Source: a virus
Strand: one strand, 5' to 3'
DNA: 64,000 nucleotides
Virus record (IMG/VR): IMGVR_UViG_3300012953_000014
Coordinates: 1 to 64,000 of that record
A program made the position numbers and the translations under genes. Each line of letters starts with the position of its first letter. The first letter of the stretch is position 1. Of this stretch, positions 46,349-56,631 are shown one piece after another. The notes under the pieces are model-generated. The model did no database searches. It was not told the DNA's origin and saw nothing but the letters and a program-made list of their open reading frames with translations.

Positions 46349-47467
46349 TTACTCCTTTTCGGGAACAGCATCTAAACCATAAAAGTCTTCAGCTTTGCCG
46401 GTTTTATTTTCAAACTTTTGAATCACTTCTTCGTCCATGATATCATAAACGATCTTTGAAAACTTTGGATCACTTTGCATTAACTTAGGAAAAGTTGCTG
46501 CCTGGAACTTCTTTTCATATCCTTCCAAAGTAAACCATGCCCCACTGTTTTTAAGTTTATCAGATGGTTTGATTGCTGTCAAGAGAGATTCATCATTCAT
46601 GATGCCGACTTTCTCTCCACCCCACAAAATTTTAAAGTTACAAATACGACCTTGAGTTCCGAACTTGGATTTTTCGAGCTTGGCCTTGACCTCGCTTCCG
46701 ATTCTGTAGCCGTTATCGTCCTCAATAAACGTTTTCCTACCTTTCAAACCAGTCAACCAAATGCGCAATGAATAAGCATAGATCATGGCTTTGCCGCCTG
46801 GTGTGAACCATGGTTGTGAAAGCATCATCATTGGATTACTAACGTTAATATTTGTCTTTAATTGATTAAGGACAAGAAATGTTGATTGAGTTTTTGACAA
46901 AGAAACCACAAGTTTTTTCATGCCAATCGATAAAACTCGGGGCATTTGGGCCATAGATGACTGTGGGTTGAAGTCTTTCTCAAGATCTGCTCGGCAAGGA
47001 GTCATAGCAAGAGAATCCAGAACAAACAAATAACGATTGTCAGGATCATTTGACATGCACATCTCCATTGTTTCTAAAACTTGCTCAATATCTTCTGGTT
47101 GCAAGATAATGATTTGGTTCTCACCCTCCATGTCACAGCCGAGTTTTTCCAGAAACTCACTTGTCATCGTTGCTTCTGAGTCAAAATATAAAACTTTGAT
47201 TCCCATATCTTGGGCTTCTCTTGCGACTTGGCCAGCCATATAAGATTTACCAGAACTTTCTAAGCCTGCAATCTCCGTAATGCGGCCAACGGGAATACCA
47301 GCCACTTGACCCCTACACGCGATCGAATCAAGCCATCGTGAACCCGTTGGGATCCAGGCTTTGATGTCTGCTGGATTTTCTTGATCTCCTGTGAAAGCAA
47401 TCGTGCGACCTGCTTTTTTGTTGATCATTTTTAATATGTCTTTTGATGATAATTTTCCGTTGGTCAT
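46349..47467 (-). CDS. recA: RecA/UvsX recombinase
   Basis: IPTGS..LD, GIPVGRITEIAGLESSGKS, LDSLA, NQLK, TPGGKA. Confidence 0.92.
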   Translation of the reverse strand: MTNGKLSSKDILKMINKKAGRTIAFTGDQENPADIKAWIPTGSRWLDSIACRGQVAGIPVGRITEIAGLESSGKSYMAGQVAREAQDMGIKVLYFDSEATMTSEFLEKLGCDMEGENQIIILQPEDIEQVLETMEMCMSNDPDNRYLFVLDSLAMTPCRADLEKDFNPQSSMAQMPRVLSIGMKKLVVSLSKTQSTFLVLNQLKTNINVSNPMMMLSQPWFTPGGKAMIYAYSLRIWLTGLKGRKTFIEDDNGYRIGSEVKAKLEKSKFGTQGRICNFKILWGGEKVGIMNDESLLTAIKPSDKLKNSGAWFTLEGYEKKFQAATFPKLMQSDPKFSKIVYDIMDEEVIQKFENKTGKAEDFYGLDAVPEKE

Positions 47468-47484
47468 AATATTTTCCTAAAATA

Positions 47485-47530
47485 AAAAGGAACCCCACGA
47501 CATTGAATAACACCGCAGGGTTCCCAAAAA
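47485..47530 (-). terminator. Possible terminator/hairpin between ssb and recA
   Basis: ggaaccc...gggttcc inverted repeat with flanking A-tracts. Confidence 0.45.
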
Positions 47531-47555
47531 CTTAACTTTTAGTTTAGTTTTGTGT

Positions 47556-48287
47556 TTATGCGGACAATTCTCTAATAGCTTCATCGACGCTGCTTACGCC
47601 GGTATCTTCAGGGATCGGACCATCTTCGGGACTAAGGAATGATTCCAAAATCGCCTTTACATCAGATGGTGACTTTCTCTGAAATAGAGATTCAATATCC
47701 GGGACTCCTTCCAAAACTTCCTTGATCGCAGCCTTAGACGTTGCAAGAGCAGAGGACTTCCGCTTTGGAGTCAAGTTAGTTTGTGGAAATGCGCCCTTGG
47801 TTTTAGGGAGAGCGTAGTTCAGAGTAAAATCTACCCCATTATCAACATCAGTAATATCACCATAATCAGGATTAAGAACTAGACCAAGAAGTGTTTCATA
47901 AATGGTCTTTCCATAACCCCAAATGCGAGGGCCGTTTTCTTCTTCGCCACGCACAATCACTGGTGAGAAAAATCGCTGACGAACGAACAAAGACTTAGCA
48001 AGCTTCTTGCTATCATCAGTTCCTTCTTGCCACAATTTAGATGCAAAATCACAAATCGGACATTGCTCACCGAATTGACGTTTAGGACAAAGAACACCGC
48101 CCCGTGCGCCTTCTCCTAGGTTGTAATGAAAATGATAAACCTTAAATGGATCACCATCCTCTGTTGGTACAATGCGAATATCTTGATCACCTTCTTGTGG
48201 ACGCCACCAAACATTGTCTGATTTTTTGCCGCCACCGGATTCAAGTTCTTGAAGTTTGGCCTTCATTTTTGCCATATCTAATGCCAC
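47556..48287 (-). CDS. gp32-like single-stranded DNA-binding protein
   Basis: IRIVP, H...LCP...CPIC zinc site, DITD...G.DF, acidic tail. Confidence 0.85.
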   Translation of the reverse strand: MALDMAKMKAKLQELESGGGKKSDNVWWRPQEGDQDIRIVPTEDGDPFKVYHFHYNLGEGARGGVLCPKRQFGEQCPICDFASKLWQEGTDDSKKLAKSLFVRQRFFSPVIVRGEEENGPRIWGYGKTIYETLLGLVLNPDYGDITDVDNGVDFTLNYALPKTKGAFPQTNLTPKRKSSALATSKAAIKEVLEGVPDIESLFQRKSPSDVKAILESFLSPEDGPIPEDTGVSSVDEAIRELSA

Positions 48288-48341
48288 GTTATTTCTCCTT
48301 AAGGTAAGATTGGCAAATATCCCAATCTTCCAGTTTTTATT

Positions 48342-49172
48342 TTATTTTTGAATCATTGATGTATGATTCACACAATAAACGTAATCCTGGTCATAGTCTG
48401 TTTCAAAGATCCCATATGTAACTCTTACTCCGTTTTCTTTTTGCTCAATAACAGTTTTTTTAATATCTCTCATTAAGCCAGAATCTGATTCCAGTTTCTC
48501 TTTATTGTATGCATAATAATACACCACATCGGTGACATTGTCAAGAGAAAAAAACATCATATTCTCTTTTTTTGCCGGATCTGCTATGCCGATGGTGGAA
48601 ATCCTCGTTCCAAGTGGTGTATCACAGTAAGTATCCGTAATTGATTGGTTATTTTTGAACACATTAATCATGTGAAAAGTCGATACAATGATTTCGTTAA
48701 TCTTTTCATGATATTTCTTGACAGAAACACCGCCTATCACACCTTCAATTACTTCATTGGAAACAATAAACATTCGGTTAAACAATCCAGATCTCGTATA
48801 TTCTTGAAATACATTATAGGTCAACCTTTCTAGCGTTGCTTGCCTCTCATTCAGTAGTGAAACTTCGGGCCTAATATAAAGAATATTTATCCTTTGCTTT
48901 TTCAAATGTTTTAGTATAGAAAGCGAAGCAGATGATACTTCACCGGCTCCTCCAACGACGAAAAGCAAGTCGCCCTTGACATCCTTAAAAAATTGCTTCA
49001 ATGATGGCAGTTTTTCTTCATATTCTTCGATCTTTTCATACTTTTTTATTGGATAGGTGGTCTTGGTCCGTTTAAGTCCAACATCCAATTTATATACAGA
49101 ATATTGAGGATATTTGGCAAACTCGTCGGCGATGTTACATCCCGCGTTTCCTAAGCCAATAATAGTGTCCAT
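48342..49172 (-). CDS. Divergent tubulin/FtsZ-family protein
   Basis: IIGLGNAGCNIAD, VVGGAG, IRPE, IVSN, INE. Confidence 0.7.
   Translation of the reverse strand: MDTIIGLGNAGCNIADEFAKYPQYSVYKLDVGLKRTKTTYPIKKYEKIEEYEEKLPSLKQFFKDVKGDLLFVVGGAGEVSSASLSILKHLKKQRINILYIRPEVSLLNERQATLERLTYNVFQEYTRSGLFNRMFIVSNEVIEGVIGGVSVKKYHEKINEIIVSTFHMINVFKNNQSITDTYCDTPLGTRISTIGIADPAKKENMMFFSLDNVTDVVYYYAYNKEKLESDSGLMRDIKKTVIEQKENGVRVTYGIFETDYDQDYVYCVNHTSMIQK
48516..48544 (-). promoter_or_regulatory. Internal sigma70-type promoter upstream of ssb
   Basis: TTGACA-N17-TATTAT inside the tubulin-like gene. Confidence 0.55.
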
Positions 49173-49175
49173 TGG

Positions 49176-49352
49176 TTATGCCTCTGATATTGCTTCGTAT
49201 GAAACTAGTTCGAACTTGGCACTGTTTCGATATTTACTTACATGAGCAGGGATCTTGTCGTTTAAGATAAGCAGTAAAACTTGTGGATCGTTACTGACTA
49301 CTGTCTTCATCTTGTCATTTTCTTTGTAAACAAGTTTATACTCTGTTTTCAC
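49176..49352 (-). CDS. Small hypothetical protein (58 aa, GTG start; not in ORF track)
   Basis: Manual translation MKTEYKLVYK...EAISEA; overlaps the upstream stop and fills the gap. Confidence 0.55.
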   Translation of the reverse strand: MKTEYKLVYKENDKMKTVVSNDPQVLLLILNDKIPAHVSKYRNSAKFELVSYEAISEA

Positions 49353-49660
49353 TCTGAGATCTCCTCTAAAACAATCTTTTTGCTGAAAGAACCTCTGACT
49401 ATTTTTTTATATTTTTTATGGGCTTTGACACCGGTCAAGCTATATTCTTTCCGCAAAGCATCCATGACCTCTTGAATATCAGCAAACTCTTCAACACAAG
49501 GATTTTCAAAAAACTCTTGTGATTCTTCTAAAAGTTTTTCTTTTAGCTTTTGTCGATACTCTTCTGGATCTGCAATTCGATACTTACAAACCTTTCCCTC
49601 TTCTTTAATGATTTTTGGGATTTTGTCTCTTACAAGTTTATTAAACTTTTTAACTGTCAT
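49349..49660 (-). CDS. MazG/PRA-PH-like nucleotide pyrophosphohydrolase
   Basis: NKLVRDKIP, KLLEESQEF, EEFADIQEV. Confidence 0.85.
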   Translation of the reverse strand: MTVKKFNKLVRDKIPKIIKEEGKVCKYRIADPEEYRQKLKEKLLEESQEFFENPCVEEFADIQEVMDALRKEYSLTGVKAHKKYKKIVRGSFSKKIVLEEISE

Positions 49661-50859
49661 CTAAACCTCCGCATGTTACCGAAATCTGTTCCTAAGCTGG
49701 TATTTACTTTAAAAATGCCCAAATCTGTATTTCCAAATTCCTTTACTAGATTTTCAAGTAGATCTTTGTCATCACGATCAAAGTCAATCACCATACTATC
49801 ATGAATCAGCCCCATTGTAAAGGATTTTCTTCCTTCCAAAATCTTATTGACAGCGACTGCGCGGCGAAGGAACGTGTCTGATGTTGTGCTTTGGATTATA
49901 GCATTCAATGCATGGAACTGATCTGCTTTGATTCGCCTTCCGAAGTGATTTACGACTTCTTCGCCGTTCCAGTACTTTTCGACTGCACTTTGTTTATTGT
50001 AGTATCTCTCAATTTCGGGGATACCAAGAGAAACATTCGGTGGCCCATATAGCCAACTAAATATCTTACGCTTGATGTCATCTCTGTTCATTTCATGATC
50101 TGATAGTTTATTTATTATCTTTCCGTGCCACTCATGTATGTCTTCTCGTGGCTGTTTCGCACCGTTGAGTGCTAGCAAACAACGCAACTCAGCAGCATTG
50201 AAGTCCAACTCAATAAACCAATCATTTTGGGGTTTTATTATTTTTCTATAGTTCCTGTCCAGTGTTAATATCGGGAAAGAGTCTTTTTTTGTTGTCAATC
50301 GACCAGTTATGGTCCCAAAAATATTATAAGATACACGAGGGTCTGTCCTGGCTATCTTGTCTCTCATTTTTCGTGTTCGATACTGGTGAAGATCTGGATC
50401 CATCTTTGACAAATCTATATTTAACTTTTTAGACTGGATATCTGCTAATAACGAACTAAGATTTATTAGGAAATCATAATCACCTGGCCTATCATAGTTT
50501 TTTATAACATGATCCGTTATTTTTGTTCTGATGTCGAAATATTCCAAAAGAAAAGAATGTGGAACCAAGTCATAGAAGCAATAATCTGTCGCCTTGACTT
50601 TTGCTATATCAAAAGATTTAACAAAACACATATATTTTTTCTTAATATTTGACCAGGATTCCTTAAGATATTCAGGACAACATTCATCAAGCGGCTTACC
50701 ACCTGAATATAAGTGTCCATACTCGATATCATAACCCTTGAGAGCAGGATTGTAAGCCCAAGTCATAGAAAGTTCATCATAGTCTGGATCAGAATAAATC
50801 TGATTGTTACTATAAATGTTCTTACAATTTTGTTTTTGATCAATTATTTCAAATAACAT
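49657..50859 (-). CDS. Family A DNA polymerase domain, short, without 3'-5' exonuclease
   Basis: TITGRLT; motif A LDFNAAELR; motif B R...K...F..LYG; ALNAIIQST; motif C IHDS. Confidence 0.8.
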   Translation of the reverse strand: MLFEIIDQKQNCKNIYSNNQIYSDPDYDELSMTWAYNPALKGYDIEYGHLYSGGKPLDECCPEYLKESWSNIKKKYMCFVKSFDIAKVKATDYCFYDLVPHSFLLEYFDIRTKITDHVIKNYDRPGDYDFLINLSSLLADIQSKKLNIDLSKMDPDLHQYRTRKMRDKIARTDPRVSYNIFGTITGRLTTKKDSFPILTLDRNYRKIIKPQNDWFIELDFNAAELRCLLALNGAKQPREDIHEWHGKIINKLSDHEMNRDDIKRKIFSWLYGPPNVSLGIPEIERYYNKQSAVEKYWNGEEVVNHFGRRIKADQFHALNAIIQSTTSDTFLRRAVAVNKILEGRKSFTMGLIHDSMVIDFDRDDKDLLENLVKEFGNTDLGIFKVNTSLGTDFGNMRRFR

Positions 50860-50872
50860 AATGTTGTATAAG

Positions 50873-52468
50873 TCAATATGAACTGTTTGTCATATTTGAG
50901 TTATTCAAATTAATATCATCTTTTGGTTTCTTTGTCAAGCCTATTTTTGGCTTGAACACACCATTTAGTTTTAAGTTAATGAATTCAAGTGTCTGGGCAG
51001 AGCCCTTAAATTTATGCAAGTCCTTGATTCTGGTCATAAACTCGTTATATGTTTGCATGGAGGGCTCCCACTCAATTTCTGCGGCTCTGATTTCGGCATA
51101 AAATTTTAACCAATAATCTGGCGGGTATTTCATCGAAACTTTTTCTAAGTCTGTTGGCGATCTTCTGATTACTGTTGTTATGGACCTCTCCTTCTTAGTA
51201 CAATATTCTTTTATAGTGACAGTTGGGTTTGTATTTACATAAGCATTGTAAAATCTTATAACGTTGTCTCTCAAACTGTCAACATCACTTGAATATGCCC
51301 TATTATAATACCTTTTAAACAGATTGTCAACAGAAAGTGGTGGAATTGATGAATAAAGTTCTACTTCTTTTTTGTAATCATTTATAACATTAGCATAATC
51401 TTTTCTGTCTTGTCCGTCGATGACCAATTCCAATACTTCTAGCTCTGGTCCAGCAACGCCTGACCGTTGATATTTTTCATATAAAACACCAGTTGTGGAA
51501 GGGTGGTTTTCATAACCTGGAATGGGTGACAGAAACACACGTTTAGCCACAGGATCATACTCTCTGACTCTCATTTTAACTGGTCTTGAGCGATCTGCAT
51601 TCTTGTCAATAATAGTGGGATCAGATAACAGCAATGGAACTTCAACAATGTCTCCGCTGAAATAATCTTGTTTTCTTAATAATGGGGGCTCCGGTGGTCT
51701 TGGGTAGTTTTCCATAAATTTTTGCATGATTGGTGAGCCCAAGTCTGCGACAAGACGCCACGGAGCGTTCTTGTCAACTTTGAAACCATAACGTTGTGCA
51801 GAGTACAGATAAAAATTTATATTTGGATCGTTAATAAAAGAATCATATTTTTCTTGATCATCTCCGCAATCTACATTTTCTAAAATCTCTAACATTAATC
51901 CAGAAGTGAGGGGATCGTTTCTTTTGGATGATATATAACCAACTTTTGTAAACGGGAACCCTGGTACTGATTTTGATAAAAACTTTTTAAACATAATCAT
52001 GAAATCATCAAAGTTGGAAACCTTGTCATCACGTCCTTTTGCCATAAAAGAAGAGTTGAAAGTTTTGTAAAGAACATCAGACATATAAGATTCATATTGC
52101 TTGTCATGAGAAAACCAACCCTCTTTAGCTTCAAGAGTTACCAAGCTGCTGTTTTTTGTTTTTACTTTACCAACATTAATACCGATATTATAAAAATCAA
52201 CCATATTTTGGAATGCATCAACAACAAAGTTCAAAGCAAAAACATTTTTAGATTGATTATTGAACTGTTTTATATATTGATTTTTTACTGACACTGCATT
52301 TGCGTAGGAATCCATTCTGCCATAAAATGGCTTGTCGTACCACAAATCAATTGGAGTTGGTCGCTTAGTTGGATATTCCCAAGCAGAATCACTATACTCT
52401 TTTCTGTTTACAAAAAGCCTATAAGCACCTTGTTCATTATTTGCTGCTGCCATAACTGTTAACCTCAC
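50873..52468 (-). CDS. Hypothetical protein in tail/baseplate operon
   Basis: 531-aa ORF coupled to baseplate genes. Confidence 0.6.
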   Translation of the reverse strand: MRLTVMAAANNEQGAYRLFVNRKEYSDSAWEYPTKRPTPIDLWYDKPFYGRMDSYANAVSVKNQYIKQFNNQSKNVFALNFVVDAFQNMVDFYNIGINVGKVKTKNSSLVTLEAKEGWFSHDKQYESYMSDVLYKTFNSSFMAKGRDDKVSNFDDFMIMFKKFLSKSVPGFPFTKVGYISSKRNDPLTSGLMLEILENVDCGDDQEKYDSFINDPNINFYLYSAQRYGFKVDKNAPWRLVADLGSPIMQKFMENYPRPPEPPLLRKQDYFSGDIVEVPLLLSDPTIIDKNADRSRPVKMRVREYDPVAKRVFLSPIPGYENHPSTTGVLYEKYQRSGVAGPELEVLELVIDGQDRKDYANVINDYKKEVELYSSIPPLSVDNLFKRYYNRAYSSDVDSLRDNVIRFYNAYVNTNPTVTIKEYCTKKERSITTVIRRSPTDLEKVSMKYPPDYWLKFYAEIRAAEIEWEPSMQTYNEFMTRIKDLHKFKGSAQTLEFINLKLNGVFKPKIGLTKKPKDDINLNNSNMTNSSY

Positions 52469-55200
52469 TTTCCGCCTTCATCAAGCGGTTGTTTTGCTAT
52501 TATTGCGGTTTCGAGAGCGGTCTTATTTTCATATGGTTTTACCAAAGGTTTTATTACATTTTCAACAGGTGATTCAACCATAGATTTAAATTTTGATATA
52601 ATAGCATTTGTTGCTCGTGTTTCTCTTCCCACGCTTGGATCTGACATTTCTCTGAGATTTTCTGACTTTTGATATGAAATTTTATATGAAGTCGGATTTA
52701 TAGGAGGGGATGGTGATTCATAATGCATCTCCAAGGATGTCTCATAAGAGCCGTTTGAAATGTTATTGCTAACTTTTGTTATGGTGTAGTATCCGCCGAA
52801 GCCAAGCTGAGCATACTTTGATTTTTTACCTATTCCAAATCCTCGTGGATTAATGTTTGTTAACATACCAGGCTTAAATACCGGACACCCTAATGTATTG
52901 ACCTGGGCTGAATACTTGTTGCTGTATAATAAATTTCTTTTTGACGCTTTTTCGTTTTTTTCAATATTTGCTTCTCGAAAACCTGGGATGTCTACTTTTG
53001 AAAAGTTAATATTCTTGACTATTCCTCTATCTTGAGCTATTTCAAAATGAGGAATCCCCATCTTTGAGTCTGTGACAAAATCTCCAGTTAACTGATTGGA
53101 TATTGGACCTGCAAAATACATCATGAAATAATCTCTGGTTTTTGCTGCACTCCTAAAGACATTATAGAAGTCTGGATATGTCATCTTATCTATATCAATT
53201 CGGTTTCTGTCTTTAGCTCCGGAGCGAAACGGATTTTTTTTTGAAGTTGGTAGAGAGAATGTATTAAAACTCATTTTAGTTTTTTGTTTTGCGCCAATCG
53301 GACCATAGATTGGTGGTGCCAACATACCTTGAACTAACTCTGCTGCGACCATCCTGAGAAACTGCTTTAGTGTCAATGTTTCTCTCATTGGTTTAATAAT
53401 GTTCTTTGCAAACCACATGCCAAATAACTTTGTTGATATCGGTATGTCACACAATGGAACGGATGTAACCTCAACTCTGTCGCCTTCAAAATATTCAAAC
53501 ATTTCTATTGGACCCAAAAGAAAGTCAAAATCACTTTTATCAATTTTTCTTTTGTTTCCGTCTCCCAAAAGATTATACCTTCCCTGCTTACCTTCTAACA
53601 CGACATTTATTGCAGCCTCTAAAAGGTCCCCAAAAAAGAAAAAACTAACATATGTTTCTCCGTCTTCTGGTATATCGTCTGCTTTTCTAGCTTCAAAATA
53701 TTTATTTAAGGCAGCTTGACGTTTTATTGTTCCGTCTTCACCATCAAGGGCGGCGGCTTCTATAAATTCTCTATTCAACTCTAAGTTGTCAAACTTGCCC
53801 TTTCTTTCGTTAATATTTTGACCTTCCAAACTTTTGTTCACAACATTTTTGGAGTTTGTTCTTTTTTTGAGTATTTCTTCATTTCGTTCTTCAACAGTTT
53901 TTTTGTCTGTAGCTCTGTCCATTGAAGCAACCCAAGCCTCCACCATTTTTGGGGTAACTGCAATTTGATATATTCTTGCACTTTCCTCAATCTGCTTCAT
54001 TATTCTTCTGTATGATTGTGCTTTTTGTTCATATCTTGCTTCTCTTAAAAGTTTTTCTTGGACTTTTTTTCTAACACTTAAACTTTCTAGTTCTTTGGCT
54101 TCTTTTTGATTGACTTTTGTTAACTCTCTTTGCCCTTCGCCGCTAGACAAAGTTCCCCCGCCAACAAGAACGCCAGTATATTCGTCTGCCATTTGTTGGT
54201 TTGCCGCTTTTCTTTTTTTTGTGGCTTCTGCACCGATTTTTCTTTCGTCTTTTTTTATTTGCTCCACTGTTCTTTTAATAACATCAACAACCTTAACAAG
54301 TGGAGAACCATCTTCAATATATAATAAATCTGCGTTTGCACTATTGAGCATTCGCCCTTCAATTCTGGCAAGATAAGTCAGGTCTAACTCAACAGTTCCG
54401 TCAGCATTTAAGTTTATTGAGTGATCGTTTAGTGATAATATATAAGAGATTCTCTGCCTCTTGATAGCTTCTAAAATGCGCTTATCTTTTGGAGAAAAAA
54501 CAGCATTGCCTGGGTCTTGTGGTACAGACCAGCCAACAGCAAGTTTAATAAGAAAATCTTTATCATGATAAGGAATTTTGCCTGTATCTGCATCCATTCC
54601 AATGTCCGCCTTCTGCGGGTTTTTAAGTTCGCCAGAGGGGGTTACTAAGTCTGCCCATGCGGTCTTGACGGTTTCTCTTTTGCCGTTCAACAATCCTGTT
54701 GTGGACCATTCCCTAAACAGAGCATCCATGCTTTGGAAGAACAAAGACAGATTAACCTTAAATGAGAAGCCTGAGTCTGCTGGTGTTGTTCCTAGATCTT
54801 CCCAGCTCACGTTTTTTAAACCAACTGCCGATCCTCTTGCAAGACGGGATGCTAGTATATCTCCTGTTTTGAACTCACCAGCTTGACTATTTAGGCTGAA
54901 CGGAAGATTGATCTCCATGGAAGTGTCTCCATAAAGTTTCTTCCCAGATTCTTTGTTTTTCTCAGGATATACAACTTTAAAAAGCTCAATATGTGGAATC
55001 AACATTGATGCTTGAGCTGTTGTTATTTTTGAAAAATCGTTTAGTGAACCTTCTGAATATATTTTATTTACCAATGCAGATGGATCACCGGTTATTTGAA
55101 CAAAGTTATTATATTTCTTATCACGGTTTAAATGCAACCATTGTTTATAAAAATCTAATAAGAATGCTTGTTCATTCCATTTTGCATCTGTATTCGCCAT
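52465..55200 (-). CDS. Putative baseplate hub/tail protein
   Basis: C-terminal LGCPVFKPG...GGYYTITKVSN...YETSL (gp27/late control D-like) and position. Confidence 0.65.
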   Translation of the reverse strand: MANTDAKWNEQAFLLDFYKQWLHLNRDKKYNNFVQITGDPSALVNKIYSEGSLNDFSKITTAQASMLIPHIELFKVVYPEKNKESGKKLYGDTSMEINLPFSLNSQAGEFKTGDILASRLARGSAVGLKNVSWEDLGTTPADSGFSFKVNLSLFFQSMDALFREWSTTGLLNGKRETVKTAWADLVTPSGELKNPQKADIGMDADTGKIPYHDKDFLIKLAVGWSVPQDPGNAVFSPKDKRILEAIKRQRISYILSLNDHSINLNADGTVELDLTYLARIEGRMLNSANADLLYIEDGSPLVKVVDVIKRTVEQIKKDERKIGAEATKKRKAANQQMADEYTGVLVGGGTLSSGEGQRELTKVNQKEAKELESLSVRKKVQEKLLREARYEQKAQSYRRIMKQIEESARIYQIAVTPKMVEAWVASMDRATDKKTVEERNEEILKKRTNSKNVVNKSLEGQNINERKGKFDNLELNREFIEAAALDGEDGTIKRQAALNKYFEARKADDIPEDGETYVSFFFFGDLLEAAINVVLEGKQGRYNLLGDGNKRKIDKSDFDFLLGPIEMFEYFEGDRVEVTSVPLCDIPISTKLFGMWFAKNIIKPMRETLTLKQFLRMVAAELVQGMLAPPIYGPIGAKQKTKMSFNTFSLPTSKKNPFRSGAKDRNRIDIDKMTYPDFYNVFRSAAKTRDYFMMYFAGPISNQLTGDFVTDSKMGIPHFEIAQDRGIVKNINFSKVDIPGFREANIEKNEKASKRNLLYSNKYSAQVNTLGCPVFKPGMLTNINPRGFGIGKKSKYAQLGFGGYYTITKVSNNISNGSYETSLEMHYESPSPPINPTSYKISYQKSENLREMSDPSVGRETRATNAIISKFKSMVESPVENVIKPLVKPYENKTALETAIIAKQPLDEGGK

Positions 55201-55201
55201 A

Positions 55202-55540
55202 TCAAACGTCGTAAAAATCTAAAATTCTGTCCAAAGGAAGTGGTACACTGATTGTATCGCCAAGTTGGAAATGAGATTCAGTTGGAGCTTGATTGTACCA
55301 AGCAATAACCCACCATAACTCTGGATCACCATAATAAGTATTTGCAAGTTTATAAAACCTGTCTCCTTGTGACCATATAAGATCTACTGTTTGTAACTCC
55401 TCAAGTTCGCCTTCGGTTGGATATTTTAACTTTGGAGTGAAATACTGAACAATAGATTTTGTGTTTCTATTCTTCAATAGTCTTTTATATATTGAGGCTC
55501 TGTTGCGTCCCTTTTCTCTGCTATCGTATCTTGAAGTCAT
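55202..55540 (-). CDS. LysM/gp53-like baseplate wedge protein
   Basis: GDRFYKLANTYYGDPELWWVIAWYN. Confidence 0.85.
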   Translation of the reverse strand: MTSRYDSREKGRNRASIYKRLLKNRNTKSIVQYFTPKLKYPTEGELEELQTVDLIWSQGDRFYKLANTYYGDPELWWVIAWYNQAPTESHFQLGDTISVPLPLDRILDFYDV

Positions 55541-55574
55541 TAGTCAAAGTATCCTTTCGCTTTGGGTCAACCAT

Positions 55575-56615
55575 TTACAGTCCAATTTTTTCCTTTTCTT
55601 TGTATCCAGGCTCACCAGCTTTGCGGGTGTCTTGCCCTTTCTTGGTAGGTGACTTGGGATAAATGTCCAATATCTCGCTTGAAGTCAGTGTGTCTGCCTT
55701 TATGGTTTCCATTGCATCGCCCTGAACGCCACGAAGGACATTTTTCTTTCGGGCGCTGCCTTTCGCATTTACAGGTTTCTTTTTCTTGTTCTTCCCGGCA
55801 GCTTTCTTGGGCTTAGTCGCGGAGGCAGTTCCTTCGCCGGTTCTTTTAGGTTTTGGGTTTCCTGATAAATCATGCCCTGTCTCGGCTTGAAGTGCTCCCT
55901 GTTCTTCTAATAAATTTATTTCATCGGGTGTGAGCCCTGCTGCCTTTAAATCTTGCTTTATCGCTGCCAACGGTTTGTCATCATAAAACTGTTTTCCGCC
56001 ATATGGAAATTTGTCGTTTCTTGCTTTATTCTTATTCCATCCAAGACGATTTTCGTGCAACACAGTAAACTGACAACTTAGGTTCGCGACTTTTGCAAAA
56101 TGACCATATCCCCTTACAGGCTCTTCGCCCGTGTATAAGACATAAGAACCAACATCAACGTTTGGTGAATAATCGATTCCGCCGAGAAAACCCAACAATC
56201 CACGACCATCGACTGTGTTCTGAATGAGATTTCCAAACTTAATCTCCATCATTGGACTATTTTTCATGGTATTTCCAGAATAAACTGGGTAAAGCATTTG
56301 AATAAGAGCTTGGATTCTTGTTAAGTTTTCTTCAGCCTCAAATTGATTACCTGCTACAACGTCAAAAGAAAAGTTTATAACTCGTCCTGTTTTTTGAAAT
56401 GTTGCAATCGGATCCATTCTGCCATAAACATCTTCAGCATTCCAGTTTGACGTATATTGATCACTAAAATCTGTTATCATTGCCTTGAACTTTGTAGAAT
56501 ATCCAGTTGGCACGTGATAAAAGTCAATAAACTGTAGTCCGTCATTTGCGATGTTGTTTGTCTGGTCTGAGCCGAACGACCTAAACATGTTATTTAACTT
56601 GGGTGTATATGCCAT
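55575..56615 (-). CDS. Tail tube initiator/baseplate protein
   Basis: FSDQYTSNW...YGRMDPIATFQKTGRVINFSF; located after the tape measure gene. Confidence 0.65.
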   Translation of the reverse strand: MAYTPKLNNMFRSFGSDQTNNIANDGLQFIDFYHVPTGYSTKFKAMITDFSDQYTSNWNAEDVYGRMDPIATFQKTGRVINFSFDVVAGNQFEAEENLTRIQALIQMLYPVYSGNTMKNSPMMEIKFGNLIQNTVDGRGLLGFLGGIDYSPNVDVGSYVLYTGEEPVRGYGHFAKVANLSCQFTVLHENRLGWNKNKARNDKFPYGGKQFYDDKPLAAIKQDLKAAGLTPDEINLLEEQGALQAETGHDLSGNPKPKRTGEGTASATKPKKAAGKNKKKKPVNAKGSARKKNVLRGVQGDAMETIKADTLTSSEILDIYPKSPTKKGQDTRKAGEPGYKEKEKIGL

Positions 56616-56631
56616 TGTCTCAAATCTACCT

